Assembly (NCBI GenBank): GCA_951406725.2
Contig: OX597822.1
Coordinates: forward strand, 55,428,001-55,492,000
Direction: 5' to 3'
Origin: Octopus vulgaris
Lineage: Eukaryota
DNA length: 64,000 nt
Shown piece after piece: positions 41,778 through 55,659 of this stretch (position 1 is the first letter of the stretch; each line of letters begins with the position of its first letter). Below the pieces are notes generated by a model, which worked only from the letters and a program-made list of their open reading frames with translations, was not told the origin of the DNA and ran no database searches. Both the position numbers and the translations under genes were made by a program.

Positions 41778-42279
41778 TAAATATAAAATACATTCACGGT
41801 TAGAATACTTTTAACCATCAGACTGGTGCTTAACTATGGGGAAATAACACTAACAACACGCAGATATGGTTCTTCGTCGGTTTGGTCAACAGAGATATTC
41901 TTCTCATTGAATTATAGTGTAAGTGGTTGAATATTCCACAGACACTTATAGCCTTCATTTAATCTTGAAGGAGAATCTCCTTGACACAGTGAGAGAAAGA
42001 GAGAGAAAGAGGGAGAGGAAGAAAGAAAAAGAGAGATAAATAGCCAATCCCTCGAATTACAGATGCAATCCCTCAGTTGACCTTCCATACATTTCTTTCT
42101 AATCTTACTAACAAGACTTGAAACGACTCAAAATAAAAAAAAAAAAAAGAAAAGAAAGCTATGATAGAATATATTTGTTTAAGATGTTTCGAAGTGAGAT
42201 CGAGCCAAGAATTTCATGAGTATTATATAAACTACTTAGCCACTAGGTCACGCTTTCATTTATATCCTTAAAAGGCAGG

Positions 42280-42328
<49 letters not shown>

Positions 42329-42720
42329 TGTGTTTGTGTGTGTACGCGAATGTACTTTATGCACGCCCACAAATTAGCACGCATGTCGCTCCAATTTTAG
42401 GAAGACATTGGTCACGACCATGTTTGTGCTTATGTCAAATGATTTATTCCAATTTATTTTTTATGCCCTTTGTTGGAATTTATTTTTTAATATACTCATG
42501 TAATTTAACGTCGCAGAAATATACTCCCGGAATTCGTTTGACGCACATTACTACTTACCACAGTCCACCCTACTATGAGTGAATTCTATACAGATGAACC
42601 ACATGGTTCCGAGTTCAGTCCCACAGAGTGGCACCTTGGGCAAGTGTCTTCTAATATAGCCTCGAGCCGACCAAAGCCTTGTAAGGGGATTTGGTAGACG
42701 GAAACTGAAAGAAGTCCGTC

Positions 42721-42790
<70 letters not shown>

Positions 42791-42799
42791 TTGTGTGCG

Positions 42800-42851
<52 letters not shown>

Positions 42852-43050
42852 GTGTGTCTGTGTTTGTCTCCCCAACATCGCTTGACAACCGAGGTTGGTG
42901 TGTTTACGTAACACAGCGGTTCGGCAAAAGAGAACCAATAGAATAAATACTAGGCTTACTAAGAATATGTCGTGGGGTAGATTTGTTCGATTAAAGGCTG
43001 TGCTCGCACGGCCGCAATTAAATGACTGAAACAACTAAAAGAATAAAAGA

Positions 43051-43118
<68 letters not shown>

Positions 43119-43127
43119 GTGTATATA

Positions 43128-43348
43128 GTAACGATTATTTGCCAGTTTAATGTGGCAGTCCCGTTTGGGACGAATGCTACTGTTGTTTAGCCCCAGGAGA
43201 CATCGTTTCCGGCTGGTTATACGACATACAATCTGTGTCCTTATATATAAAGACACAGATAGCGTCTCGTATAGCCAACTTGATGCTAAACAACAGTAGT
43301 TTTCGTCCCAAACGGGACTGCCACATTAGGTTGGCAAATAATCGTTAT
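43128..43348 (+). repeat. About 220-nt nested hairpin element next to (TA)n
   Basis: Outer arm of about 63 bp TAACGATTATTTGCC..GTTTAGC / GCTAAAC..GGCAAATAATCGTTA; inner stems TGGTTATACGA/TCGTATAGCCA and ATCTGTGTC/GACACAGAT. Confidence 0.9.
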
Positions 43349-43413
43349 TTTAAAGTACTGCTACTGAATATCTCTCGTTGAGAGATTTAGGAATAATAAT
43401 GTTTCTCTCTGTG

Positions 43414-43901
<488 letters not shown>

Positions 43902-44124
43902 TGATCGTGACTGTGGCGTACAGTTTCTCGTAATATTACATGTAAATTTTCTTTGAATTTGTTATTTAAATAGAAACCAGAGATTAAAATGTTATGCAGA
44001 TACATCCGTTGCCATTACCCATTAAAAAATTTATCCCACACCCAAATTTGAAACGTACAGGAAGAATTTACTGCTATCTTTTACCTGTTTCAGCCATTCA
44101 GTCACTGCAGCCATGTTTGTTCAT

Positions 44125-44416
44125 TGTCGAGTCACGCCTGGCTCATAAGGGCCGGTTTCCCGGTTTCTTTGGCGTATAGATTCCCCACCTGGACGGGACA
44201 CCGGTCCGTCGCAGGTGAGCTGCAAGATGCAGGAGGAAAGAGTGAGAGAAAGTTGTGGTGAAAGAGTCAGCAAAAGTTCGTCTTTACCTTCTGCCGGAGT
44301 CGCATGGAGCTTAGGTGTTTCGCTCATAAACACACACATCGCCCGGTTTGAGATTCGAACCCGCGATCCCTCGACCGCGAATCCGTTGCTCTAACCACTA
44401 AGCCATGTGCCTCCAC
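44125..44416 (-). mobile_element. tRNA-derived SINE
   Basis: GGAGGCACATGGCTTAGTGGTTAGAGC head and GGGTTCGAATCT B-box on the minus strand. Confidence 0.8.
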
Positions 44417-44993
44417 TTATACTACCATACTGTGTTTGTGTGCGTGTTTGTGTTTGCGTATGTGTGTGTGCGTGCCTCCGTAAATAGAGTGATTTCCTTG
44501 ACATACCATAACATTGTCAAAATGTATTAATATATCCCACGCATAATATATTTATCAAAATAATCTCTCTTCAGAGATATTCCTTAACAACTATGTAATG
44601 TTAATATTGAGGAAACTAATATACATAAATCTCGAAAGTTTTAAATATCAGATTAAATCAAATCTCAGAAACCCAATCTTATATGACTATGCTACCTATT
44701 CAATTTAGATCGATTTACGAAAGTTTTCAATTTAGATAATAAACTCAAAATAATCCGATTTTTACAGTCCGCATGTAGTTGGACAAAAAACATTTCTTCA
44801 CTAGAATAAGTTTCGGTTAACGTACTGCACAACATATCACACCGTTTCGAAACTTTATTGATCTAAACCTCCTATTACCCTTCCTATATTCCTATCCGTA
44901 GCAAGATATCTTTTATGAACAGCACAAAGAAAGAAAAATTATATAAATATTTTAAGTGACACATCTAACCAATTTCAATAATAGTTCGCTAAA

Positions 44994-45295
44994 TTACTGT
45001 ATCCGTAAAAGAACATGTCGCTGTTTTTCATAGGCTTTGGCACTAAATACGTATTTTCCATCATATTCATCTCGTGTTCTGTTATAATGCCATTCTGAGA
45101 GACAACGAAGCGTCATTGGCATAAAGCCCTGTTCAAATTTGTTTGCGAATAGTTTCGGCGAATTTGTTAATTGTTTCAAATCATCGTGTCCAAAAACACA
45201 AACCGATCTTAACCACTTTCCATGACAACTGTTCGGGTTAATATTTTTCCAAAGTTTAAATCTTGAAATTAAGGGCTTTTTATGAATATCCGTCC
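44994..45295 (-). CDS. GCNT-like beta-1,6-N-acetylglucosaminyltransferase, last coding exon
   Basis: TTACAG acceptor, phase 1; SRFKLW..CHGKWLRSVCVFG..DL..L...PKLFANKF; TAA stop; AATAAA on the minus strand near 44855. Confidence 0.9.
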
Positions 45296-46728
45296 CTGTA
45301 AATATAATAAATACATAAAAAAAAACATGAATAAAATGATGCCAAAAATGAAGGGTGCACAATCAAGTCGATAAAAAAAAAACAACTTAAAGTAAACAAG
45401 TTCAACTTAAATCCCATCTAATAAACTTATTAACAAAATTCAACTTTTTCTTGCGCTGGAGCTGAAACTAATCCATATTCACTAATATGGTCGCTGATTA
45501 CGAAAATCAAGTTCATTTTGAAAGGTTATCCAGTTTTTAGTTACAGAAGCACACCAGTTTTCGTTTTTTCAATGGGTTTATAGTACAATAAAGAACATAG
45601 ATTGCATCATATATTAAAAGATGGGTTATTATGTCGTTCCTTAGACTACTGCTTTGTGGGTGTTACCTCTTATGTCAAATAATGTGATTTTATTGGAACT
45701 ACATTTATCTGCTTGAAATGCCCCTCAACTTCATAAATAATCTGAACGATTCATGCTACCCCAGTGATTACAAAATCTTTAGCGTTGTTTATACTAATAT
45801 GCTTATTTCTTTGATTGTCTTCAAAAGCCAACGTAGGCAACTTTCAAAGTGATCACAGACAATCTTCTTGGAAATAAATGCACAAAGGGTTATAAAGCTA
45901 TAGTTGGAAACCTGCTCTGGACTTACCAATATCAAGGTGCGATTACCCGCTTCTTTTCCCCCTGCAAACGGTGGAGTAATGAGTGATGAGAAGATTTAAA
46001 GAGACTATTTTGTAACACAAAAAATTTAGTTTATCTTGAAAATGAGTATAATTTTTGTAATCAGCGATCCAAAATCAGTAAAGATCGGCTGGAATATTCA
46101 ACCAGTGGAATATTTTTGCTGTTGACCAGAGCTGTTAGATGGCCAAAATGAGCTGCCGTCTGAAAATAGCATGAAACTTTTTCACTTTGATTATATACAT
46201 TCTGAAAAGATTCTTATTTACCCATCATCCCTAAAATATAGATCTTTGTGTTTCGACAGAAAAGACACCACTCTTTAGATAACCTGATTAATGTGATTGA
46301 GTTGTTGGTTTTCCTGTTAGTTGCTTTAATTATTTGCTCCAATAATTACATATATTATAAGCTAAGAAGTGTATTCACTTTTATGCCGATATTATCCATT
46401 ACTAGTTGTTATTGTTATGTACAGATCCGCTCTGAATGAGAAGCCCTATAAAAATAAATCTTTCGAGATGCCTCCATCTTGTCTTTCTTCTCAGTTTATA
46501 TTACTTAAATGTGTACTTATTTATAAGACGATATTGTGTGATTTGGAGAACATTTGACTACTATTTCTAGGCTACCTCGTTGAATCGGGTTTCATCTTTT
46601 TGACCAAGCTCCCTCCTTAACTTGCCATTAGTAATGTCGTTCTCTAGTTATCTTCTTTACAAGCTATTACTACAGCAATAAACGGTTGTTAACTTGTTAA
46701 TAAATAAAATAGCTCATTGAAGACATAC

Positions 46729-46982
46729 CGTTGAAAGAACCAGGTACTCTCAGGTGTGGGTTGTGATTCATTGTTGAAAATAATGTTTCATCTGGGTTCC
46801 TTGTATCCCGGACCCAATTAATAAAATCTTGTGATCGACGATCCATGATAAGAAATTCTACATAACCACGTGATGCTGTAATGTGTATACTTCCTTTTGA
46901 AACTGTAATGTTATGTGGTGAAGGGGGTTTCAAGCCCATTCGTCGAAAGTTAACATAGCGAAATTTTGTACGAAAATCGTAA
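46729..46982 (-). CDS. GCNT-like glycosyltransferase, internal exon
   Basis: AACAG acceptor (phase 2) and GTATGT donor (phase 1); PHNITVSKGS..ASRGYVEF..PDETLFSTMN..VPGS. Confidence 0.9.
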
Positions 46983-47219
46983 CTGTTAATAGAAGAGAAC
47001 AAAAAAAAAAATGAAAAACATAATTTACTCACAAAAATAGTTATTCTTAATTTGTCAGAAAAATCACAAACTTGTCGGCGAGGGGTTGGTCTCAGTGCCT
47101 TATCTTTTATTTATTTATTTTTTTACTAGCGAAAATATGATCTGAAAAGGCTGATCCTATATTCATGAAAAGCAAAACCGACTTCAAAAGGAATTCAAGA
47201 AAATCCCAAACAGATGCAA

Positions 47220-47282
<63 letters not shown>

Positions 47283-47375
47283 CATGTACATGAGCAAAAC
47301 AGTTAATGAATGTGTGTATGACCGCTGGTCACGATGAGTTTCCTCATATTGGAATCTGTATATATATAAGGCAAG

Positions 47376-47420
<45 letters not shown>

Positions 47421-48066
47421 TGATTGTAGTTTATGCACATCCACAAATTAGCACTATGTCGCTCAAATTTTAGGAGGACATCCGTCAACATCCTATCTAG
47501 GTTTTGTCAACTTATTTTTTCCTCCGAGTCACCCCACCCGCGGATAGCGGTAAAATTCTATTTTCAACCATAGCTTTTAGCCATAAAAAATATTAGCCAT
47601 TGCTTTTTGACAGCGTCTAACAAAAAAATAAGATAAAGAAAAGTGGAAGAAAGAGGCAAAGAGTTTCACGGGAAAGACAAAGTGAGAGAGGGAGAGAGAG
47701 AGAGTAACAATTTGTCAGTGAATTACACAATATAAATGGGTACAATTTGCGAGTCTTCCACTACACCCCACTCCGTTTCAAGGACCACAAAAAAGGTTTT
47801 GTAGCATATTAGGATGCCAGAGTAGTTGATTCCACGCAAAAAAAAAACGATTATTTTCTTAGTGAAAATCGTGCGAGTGTTAATCTACAAATTTAACAAC
47901 ATTTTTCCATTCATTTCTGTTTATGAACATGTATGCATGCACAAAACATGCAATAGGTGTACGTACGTACGTGTGTGTATGTGTGTTCGTGTCTGTTGCC
48001 CATACATATTTATATTATATTATATTATATTATATTATATATATATATAATATATATAATATAATA

Positions 48067-48154
<88 letters not shown>

Positions 48155-48257
48155 GGAATAAACACATAAATGTGAAACAAGGTGGAAAAAAAGAGTACTC
48201 AAATACCAGTGGTAGAGTAATATGCTTTATTTAAAGCAGCAGAAAATTCAACAAAAC

Positions 48258-48295
48258 CTGTTACTCTGAGTTTCACGTTGCCGTTCATCGGACAG
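48258..48295 (-). ncRNA. Minimal type I hammerhead motif (U4C variant)
   Basis: CUGU-CCGAUGA-ACG GCAA CGU-GAAA-CUC A GAG-UA-ACAG. Confidence 0.75.
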
Positions 48296-48305
48296 TTAGC
48301 AAAAA

Positions 48306-48343
48306 CTGTCCGATGAACGGCAACGTGAAATTCAGAGTAACAG
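48306..48343 (+). ncRNA. Minimal type I hammerhead motif (U4C variant)
   Basis: CTGT-CCGATGA-ACG GCAA CGT-GAAA-TTC A GAG-TA-ACAG; stem I extends via CAAAA/TTTTG; AATAAA downstream. Confidence 0.75.
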
Positions 48344-48375
48344 GTTTTGTTGAATTTTCTGCTGCTTTAAATAAA

Positions 48376-48468
<93 letters not shown>

Positions 48469-51400
48469 ACCAATTTCAACGGATTTCGCCCAAATTTGAC
48501 GTCGATATTACTTAGTTTGGTTTGAAATAAAGAACTTGATTCCCTTAATAATCGTAACTTAATCCCGGGCAAGGCCGGGTTATACTACTAGTGTAAAGAT
48601 AAATTTCAGCTGGTAGCTATGGGTATATACACGAAGCACGAAGAATACAAACCTAAGTCTATCTGAAGCCACTTGCTAAAGAGTGGGTCTATCGGTGATG
48701 CGTCAAATATTCCTTTGTAGTGAAATGGTGCTGATATATATAGCCACCCATCTTCAAGTCGTACTTGGAATTACATTACGCTGATCTAGAATTTAGTATG
48801 CATACAAAAATGGCTGGATTATTCAGTCTATTAAAGGGGGTGTTGAAAAAATGTTGGTTAAAAAGGTGGGGGTGATAATTAAAAATAGCTTGAAAAACAT
48901 TAACCTAGAGAAGTGGCTCACATTAGGGGGTCATATGGCTCTGGGGATCCATATAAGATTATGGTGGGGTCTACGCAACTAAAAAATAGCAAATAATGGA
49001 ACCGCAATAATATTTAAGGGCCCTTGAAAAAATGTTGCTTTAGATGTATTTATTAGTATGTATTGCAAGAATCAGCTTGGTTACTTTCTTTAATGTTTTA
49101 CATAGTTCGAACTACACAAGTTAATGTGTGAAAAGCAAAATAGTTATTTTGAAAGAAGTTTCTATAAAACTAATTTTTAAACATCGAATACTTATGGGGT
49201 CCACCAGAATAAAATAATGATCAAAGGGGTCCTTAGATAAAAAAAAAAATGTTCGAGAACTACTGACCTAATGTAACAAATGAAAGCTACATAGAGACAG
49301 CAGAAGCAACGACAGTTGCCATACAGGAACACCAGGCATATTTATTAGAATAGCTATTATACAATATCCTGAGTTGTAGTTTGGCAGAAATGCTGGAGAA
49401 TCAAGCAAAATTCTTTGCGATATTTCTTCTAGCTATCTACGTTTGGAGTTCAAATATCACAAAAGTTTATTTAACCTTTTAACCTTTCGCTGTTGATAAA
49501 AATAAAAGCACCAATCAAGCACTGGGGTTAGTTTAATTCATTAACCCCTCTCCTGTCACGAAAAATCTGGTGTTGTGCATATGTGTATGTGTATATATAT
49601 GTATTTGTGTGTGTGTATAACGAAATGTTAGCGCTAAGCAGTGGTTAGGTATAAGCTAAATTTAGAATAGTTAAAATATATTTGCAACATATTTCAACTG
49701 CTAAACAGCAAATGCACTACTGTGGAGAAAATATCTCTCTTATGGTAAAAGGTGTGAAAACACCCGCTTTGTTCAGTGTCGCCACCTATCAGGAATCCCA
49801 GGCATCGATGTTTCGGGTTTATTGCCTAAGAGAGGCAACTCTGAATAAATTTATAAAGCAATATTCAGTCAATAACGTTGACTGATTTGCACTGTCCAAT
49901 ACCATGGTAGTGATGAATGATATTGCTTTTGGGTCGAATCAACCTCTTGCTATTGTGAATTTCACATGTAGGCACACAAAATCTTTAGGCAAATTGTAAG
50001 TAGCAGTACATATACACTTAACATAACCATGGCCGGCTTTAGGACCTAATCCTTTCAACACTATAATTATAATTGACGGCATTACTTCTTTATTCATCCT
50101 GTATCTGTTCGCCTCCTGTATCGTTACTTATGTTGAGTACCCTGATTATCCTTGTTATCAAATGCTATTGCACCATTATGTAATCCCATTCGCTTCATTT
50201 GTTCTACTTATTTCTGTTTCTTTGCCTCTATTTTAATTTATTTGCTTGACTGATAATTTAACCAAATTTTTTTTCATATTCAGGTCTATATTTTTTTAAC
50301 GCCAGTTTTATTGCTTTTTTCCCCCACATTTCTCCTGCTTTTTTTTTTTCAAATTCTATACATTCTAATGTACATCGTTATCTTTCTCAGTTACTCTTTT
50401 ATTTGAACAGGACTACAGTTTGTTTTTTCTGCTCTTAAAACTACAAAATGTGTTGCTTACTCTTTTCGCATTAAATGCATATTGAATGCTTAAAACTATA
50501 AAATATGTGTAGTTTACTTGTTTTTTGGTCATTAATGGCTTATTAAATGTTTAAAACATGTGCTATCGTTACACTGTTGATATTGTTTTGTCGTCTTACG
50601 ATTTCAGTGACGCACAAAAATGAGAGCTTTCAAATCCTGTTTTCTGACAGGGTAAAAATGATCAAACTTTAAACTTCTGAAACTTTTTTTCTGTTTTAAT
50701 TTTCTGGAACAACTGAATTTTTCATGTATCCAGCATGAAAAATTACACCAATACACCAGATTTGAAAATTTTCTCTTGATTTAAAAATTTTAAAAAGTAC
50801 TGCTAAACAGAAAAGATCCTACCTCGTTATCTTGCAAATCTTTTTTTTCAGCTATTGTCGTTTTATTTTTTAATCATATTTTCTCAATATTTCTTTCAGC
50901 GTTTTTTCCAATTTCTTTCTAACTTTTTCATTGATATCCCTACCAATATTCCTAATTTTTTTCCCCATTTTGTCTTCATCCTTATGTTATTTATTTCATT
51001 TTACTACTGGAACTATCGAACATCTCTCCAAAACAGTAGCCCGCCTTTCTTTCTTGAATTCTTTTTTTTATTTTTCTTTCTCTATTTTAGTATGTTCAGA
51101 TTGCTTCACAGCGTTACTGATAACAACTACAACCTATTGCTTTGTTGGATCCTCGGTGACAAAACCGGCAATCCCACCAAGTTTGTTTGGTGATGGGGGG
51201 GGGGGGATTTTGGACACCCTGCAGGATAAAGTAAAAACTATTTTTTCTTTTTCTTTTGGTCACTCTCCTTCCTTTTCCTCTTCCTTTCTTCCGCCCTGTT
51301 CTCCTCCTCCACCTTCTCCTCATCAATCTCAACATATTTTCTACCCATCATCACACCCTATGACAATATATAAACTCCAGCAACGCTCCAGTTACAGTTT

Positions 51401-51521
51401 GCTTGAAGGTCCTGTGTACCTACAGGTGAAACCCAAGAGTATCAACAAGCTGATTCGAATAAAATAATATGCATACATACATACATATATGTACGTATGT
51501 ATTTATATATATGTACGTATG

Positions 51522-51584
<63 letters not shown>

Positions 51585-51690
51585 ATTCTAACAGGTCATA
51601 ACAAACAACTTTCTGAATATGTTACCACTCTAATGTTTTAAGAGTGTGCTTCATTTTCGAATATATGAACTACTGACAATATGTATGTTT

Positions 51691-51753
<63 letters not shown>

Positions 51754-52219
51754 AAAGACCTTCGGTCATAAATGATCATGAGATTGCTTGTAGAAAGTTA
51801 CCATCCGAGGTACAAGTCCGGGCAAGGTTGTTTATGGAAGACTAGTAGTCGCCTATGCATACCAGCTTTCCCTCATCACGCCACCGATGTTATTGAAGGG
51901 AAAAGCAAAGCCGATACAGCTTGGCACCAGTGACGTAGCAACTCATTTCTACCGCTAAGTAAAGTAGAGCGACGTGAAATAATATTCCTTGCTCAAGAAC
52001 TCAATGCACTGCTCGGCTCGGGAATCAAACCTACTATCTCATGATTGTGAGCTCGACGCTCTAGCTACTGAGCCATGCCCTTTAACACCCATGTCCCTTA
52101 ACACACACACAAACACACATACACACACCAGTTACCTAGGCGTAGGGCTGGAAAGAACGAGACATCATATGACCACAGATGTACTAAAAACAATTTATTT
52201 AATCGGATGACCTGGAATG

Positions 52220-52481
52220 TGGAGGCGCGTGGCTTAGTGGTTAGGGTGTCAGCATCATGATCGTAAGATTGTGGTTTCGATTCCTGGACCGGGCGACGCG
52301 TTGTGTTCTTGAGCAAAACACTTCATTTCACGTTGCTCCAGCCCACTCAGCTGGCAAAAATGAGTAATGCTGCGATGGACTGGCGTCCCGTCCAACTGGG
52401 GAACACATACGCCATTGAAATCGGGAAACTGGGCCCATGAGCCTGTCTAAGCTTTAAAAAGGGCGCATTTATTATTTTTTT
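52220..52481 (+). mobile_element. tRNA-derived SINE with 13-bp TSD
   Basis: TSD ATGACCTGGAATG at 52207-52219 and 52482-52494; same family as 11007. Confidence 0.9.
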
Positions 52482-53127
52482 ATGACCTGGAATGAGTAGT
52501 TAAGATTCTTAGTTACTAAAGTGCCTGAAATTTAAGGACACACATGCGATATATAATTTTGTATCCTATAAGAGGGACATTCAGATTCACGTGATATGAT
52601 ATCAAATGATATATCTGTGCATATTAAGCAAAGGCAATGTAAAATTTGTAAATTTATAGAAGTCAATGAATCTTTAAAACAAAGATTGTATAATTAATTC
52701 ATAAATGCCGATTAGAATCACCAACAATTATGTATACGAAGAGTCGAACTACAAGAGAGAAACATTCTAGAAGGAGTTTCAAAGTTATGCTGGAAAGTGT
52801 AGCTAAACTGGATAATAGAAGAAGTAATAAGAAGTATGTTCGTTCTTACACAGAATTACGAAGTCATATAGACAAAACGTATAGTAGATTGGACTTAATG
52901 AAAACAAGTGTAGAATGACGAAGACATTGGAAGCTATAAATTGTTTTTTTAAGATAATGCAAATAGGCGCAGGAATGGTTGTGTGGTAAGTAGCTTGCTT
53001 ACCAACCACATTGTTTCGGGTTCAGTCCCACTGCGTGGCACCTTGGGCAAGTATCTTCTACTATAGCATCGGGCCGACCAAAGCCTTGTGAGTGGATTTG
53101 GTAGTCGGAAACTGAAAGAAGCTCGTT

Positions 53128-53592
53128 GTTCTGCCTCAACCTATCTCCTCTCCCCGCATGACCAGTGTTCGGTCAAGCTTGATCTTTCTTTCTTGGTTCG
53201 GCCGTCGTCCGTGCAACATCTGTGTTCCTCCCTGTGTCTGTGAAATCTTGTATCCCTACCGTAAGGCTTTATTTCCGCACAGGCCAGCTTAATTTAATTC
53301 GTCGTCAGTCGAAAGACACCTGTTGTTATGTCCTGTTATTTGTATTCGTGTAACATTCTCCGTTTTTTTCCGTCCTTGTTTTCGTATACATTCGCTGCTT
53401 TCTTCCAAGGAATCTAATGCTCTTAACTTAGTTTTTTCTTGGGACTGGCCACATTGGAGCAATCTCGAGTATAACCAGCCGAAATTGCAAAGATAATCTG
53501 GAACTCGACTGAGGAAAGAAAGCTCCGAATGACCCGTCCTTGTTTTCTTTGTACCGTCTATCTGGATGTTTTGTTGTCCCTTTTTTGTATTA
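53128..53592 (+). mobile_element. Diverged member of the repeat family at 54578-55810
   Basis: Shared blocks TCAGTCG.AAGACAC, CATTCG, TTCTTCCA, CTAATGCTC, CTTAGTTTTT, CAGCCGAAATT, GACTGA.GA and CGAATG. Confidence 0.8.
53459..53515 (+). ncRNA. Candidate non-circularly permuted hammerhead ribozyme
   Basis: GCAAT-C-TCGAGT ... CCAGCC-GAA-ATTGC ... ACTCGA-CTGAGGA. Confidence 0.6.
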
Positions 53593-54520
53593 CACACACA
53601 CATAATAATAATAATAATAATCCTTTATACTATAGGTACAAGGCCTGAAATTCTTGGAAAAGGGGGACTAGTCGATTACTCCGACCCCAATACTCAACTA
53701 GTACTTAATTAATCGACTTCGAAAAGATAAAAAGCAAAGTCGACCTCAGCGGAATTTGAACTCAGAACGCATCGGCAGACGAAATACAACTAAACATTTC
53801 GCCTGGCGTGCTAATGATTCTGCCAGCTCGCCGCCTTAATAACAATAATCCTTTCTACTATAGGCACAAGGCCTGAAATTTATGGGGAGGGGACTTGTCG
53901 ATTACATCGACCCCAGTGCTTCACTGGTACTTAGTTCATCGATCCTGAAACGATGAAAAGTGAAGTTGATCTCAGCGGAATTTGAACGAAGAAGAAGAAG
54001 AAGAAGAAGAAGAAGAAGAAGAAGAAGGTTAAATAGATACAAAGACCTTGAAATAAATTTCCTTTAGATGTCTGTATTGGTATGCATTGCAAGAAGCAGC
54101 TAAGTGCCTATTTTTTAAAGCCCGGTACTTATTCTAACGGTTTCTTTTGTCGAATCGCCAAGTTACTGGGACGCAAACACACCAATACTGGTTGTCAAGC
54201 GATGGCTTGACAACATAGGCACAAATGCACACACACACACACATACACACAAGACACACAAAGAGAGTGGGAGATACATACATGTGTGTGTGTGTGTGTG
54301 TGTGTGCGGAAGTGAGCGGGTGAGTGTAGACTGTCTGAGGTGGTGTACTGATTTGATATATTAAGTAGAAGGTAATCAGGCGTTCGATAAGTACTATTTA
54401 TTTAGTGTTTACGTCTCTTTGAGGGATTCATCATTCATGATGAATGCATTATCGGGACGAAAGCGCTAAATAAATAGTTCATGTCCCAGTTTTGATTACC
54501 TCCTTTCTCTCTCTCTCTCT

Positions 54521-54581
<61 letters not shown>

Positions 54582-54787
54582 ACACTTATTGTTTTCACCG
54601 TTAATGCTTCTGTATTTCATGTTTCTGTATTCCATTATTGTTTTTTTTTTGTTTTTTTTTTTATATCTGTCCCTTTTGCTGTCCTGGTGTTCGTATGCAT
54701 TCGATCCTTCTTCCAGGAAATCTACGCTTCCAGCTTAGTTTTTCTAATGCTCGTTGCTTAGTTTTTCTTGGAGGGCTGGCCGTGATC

Positions 54788-54850
54788 TAGTAATCTCAAG
54801 ATTAATCAGCCGAAATTACTACGATGATCCGGTTCTTGACTGAAGACTGA
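54788..54850 (+). ncRNA. Candidate non-circularly permuted hammerhead ribozyme
   Basis: TAGTAAT-C-TCAAGA ... TCAGCC-GAA-ATTACTA ... TCTTGA-CTGAAGA-CTGA. Confidence 0.65.
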
Positions 54851-55659
54851 GGGTTTCGAATGTCCTGTCCGTGTTTATTGTATCGTCTTCTAAGAGTTAT
54901 ACGTTCTTGTCCATGTTGTATTTTTCTACTTACCTTAACATATATTCCAGGCGTACCCTCTTAACATTAATGTGAGCACATATTCTTAATAATTGGTACG
55001 ACTCTCTGTTTGTCTCTCTCTCTCTCTCATTTTTACTTGATCTGTCCCCTTCTCTCTCTCTTCTCTCTCCTCTCTTTTCTCTCTACTCATCCTCTTTTTC
55101 TCTTCTCTTTCCTCTGATTCTTTGGTCTAATCTTCCACTACCCTCCTATTTCTTTGTCTCGCTCTGCACTCACAGGTCAATCTTCGACACCCATCCCTTC
55201 TCCTCTCTGATTCCTTCTTCCTCTCTCTTCTCTCTCTTTGTTGCGTTTGTCCCTCCTCTCTCTCTCTCTCTCTCTCTCTTCCTTTGCTTCTCTTTCTTTT
55301 CTTTTCTCTCTTCTCTGTCACGTGACTGCTGGCTGAAATCTGCCTTTCAGCTTCTGACCATCGTCACGTTAACATCGTTGTTTTTCGTCCGCCGCTATAA
55401 AGGCTCCTTCCAATGCGCCAGAGAAAAAATTTGTTTGCTTGTTATCAGTCGTAAGACACTTGTTGTTTTCACCGTTAATGCTTCTGTATTTCATGTTTCT
55501 GTATTCCATTATTGTTTTTTTTTTTTTTTTTTTTATATCTGTCCCTTTTGCTGCCCTGGTGTTCGTATGCATTCGATCCTTCTTCCAGGAAATCTACGCT
55601 TCCAGCTTAGTTTTTCTAATGCTCGTTGCTTAGTTTTTCTTGGAGGGCTGGCCGTGATC

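Larger units (their letters stand above)
48152..48378. mobile_element. Small element in (TA)n with a 73-bp foldback containing two opposed HHR motifs
   Basis: Arms 48225-48297 / 48304-48376 with one mismatch; flanked by (TA)n. Confidence 0.8.
47356..48591 (+). mobile_element. Non-autonomous Helitron-type element with internal (TG)n
   Basis: 5' TC start after A; 3' hairpin CCCGG..CCGGG (48564-48579) followed by CTAG|T; the 5' block is shared with 42262-42420. Confidence 0.6.

Noticed and set aside
50855-51467. 178-aa and 112-aa ORFs
   Set aside because: Low-complexity T-rich intronic sequence with no recognisable domain
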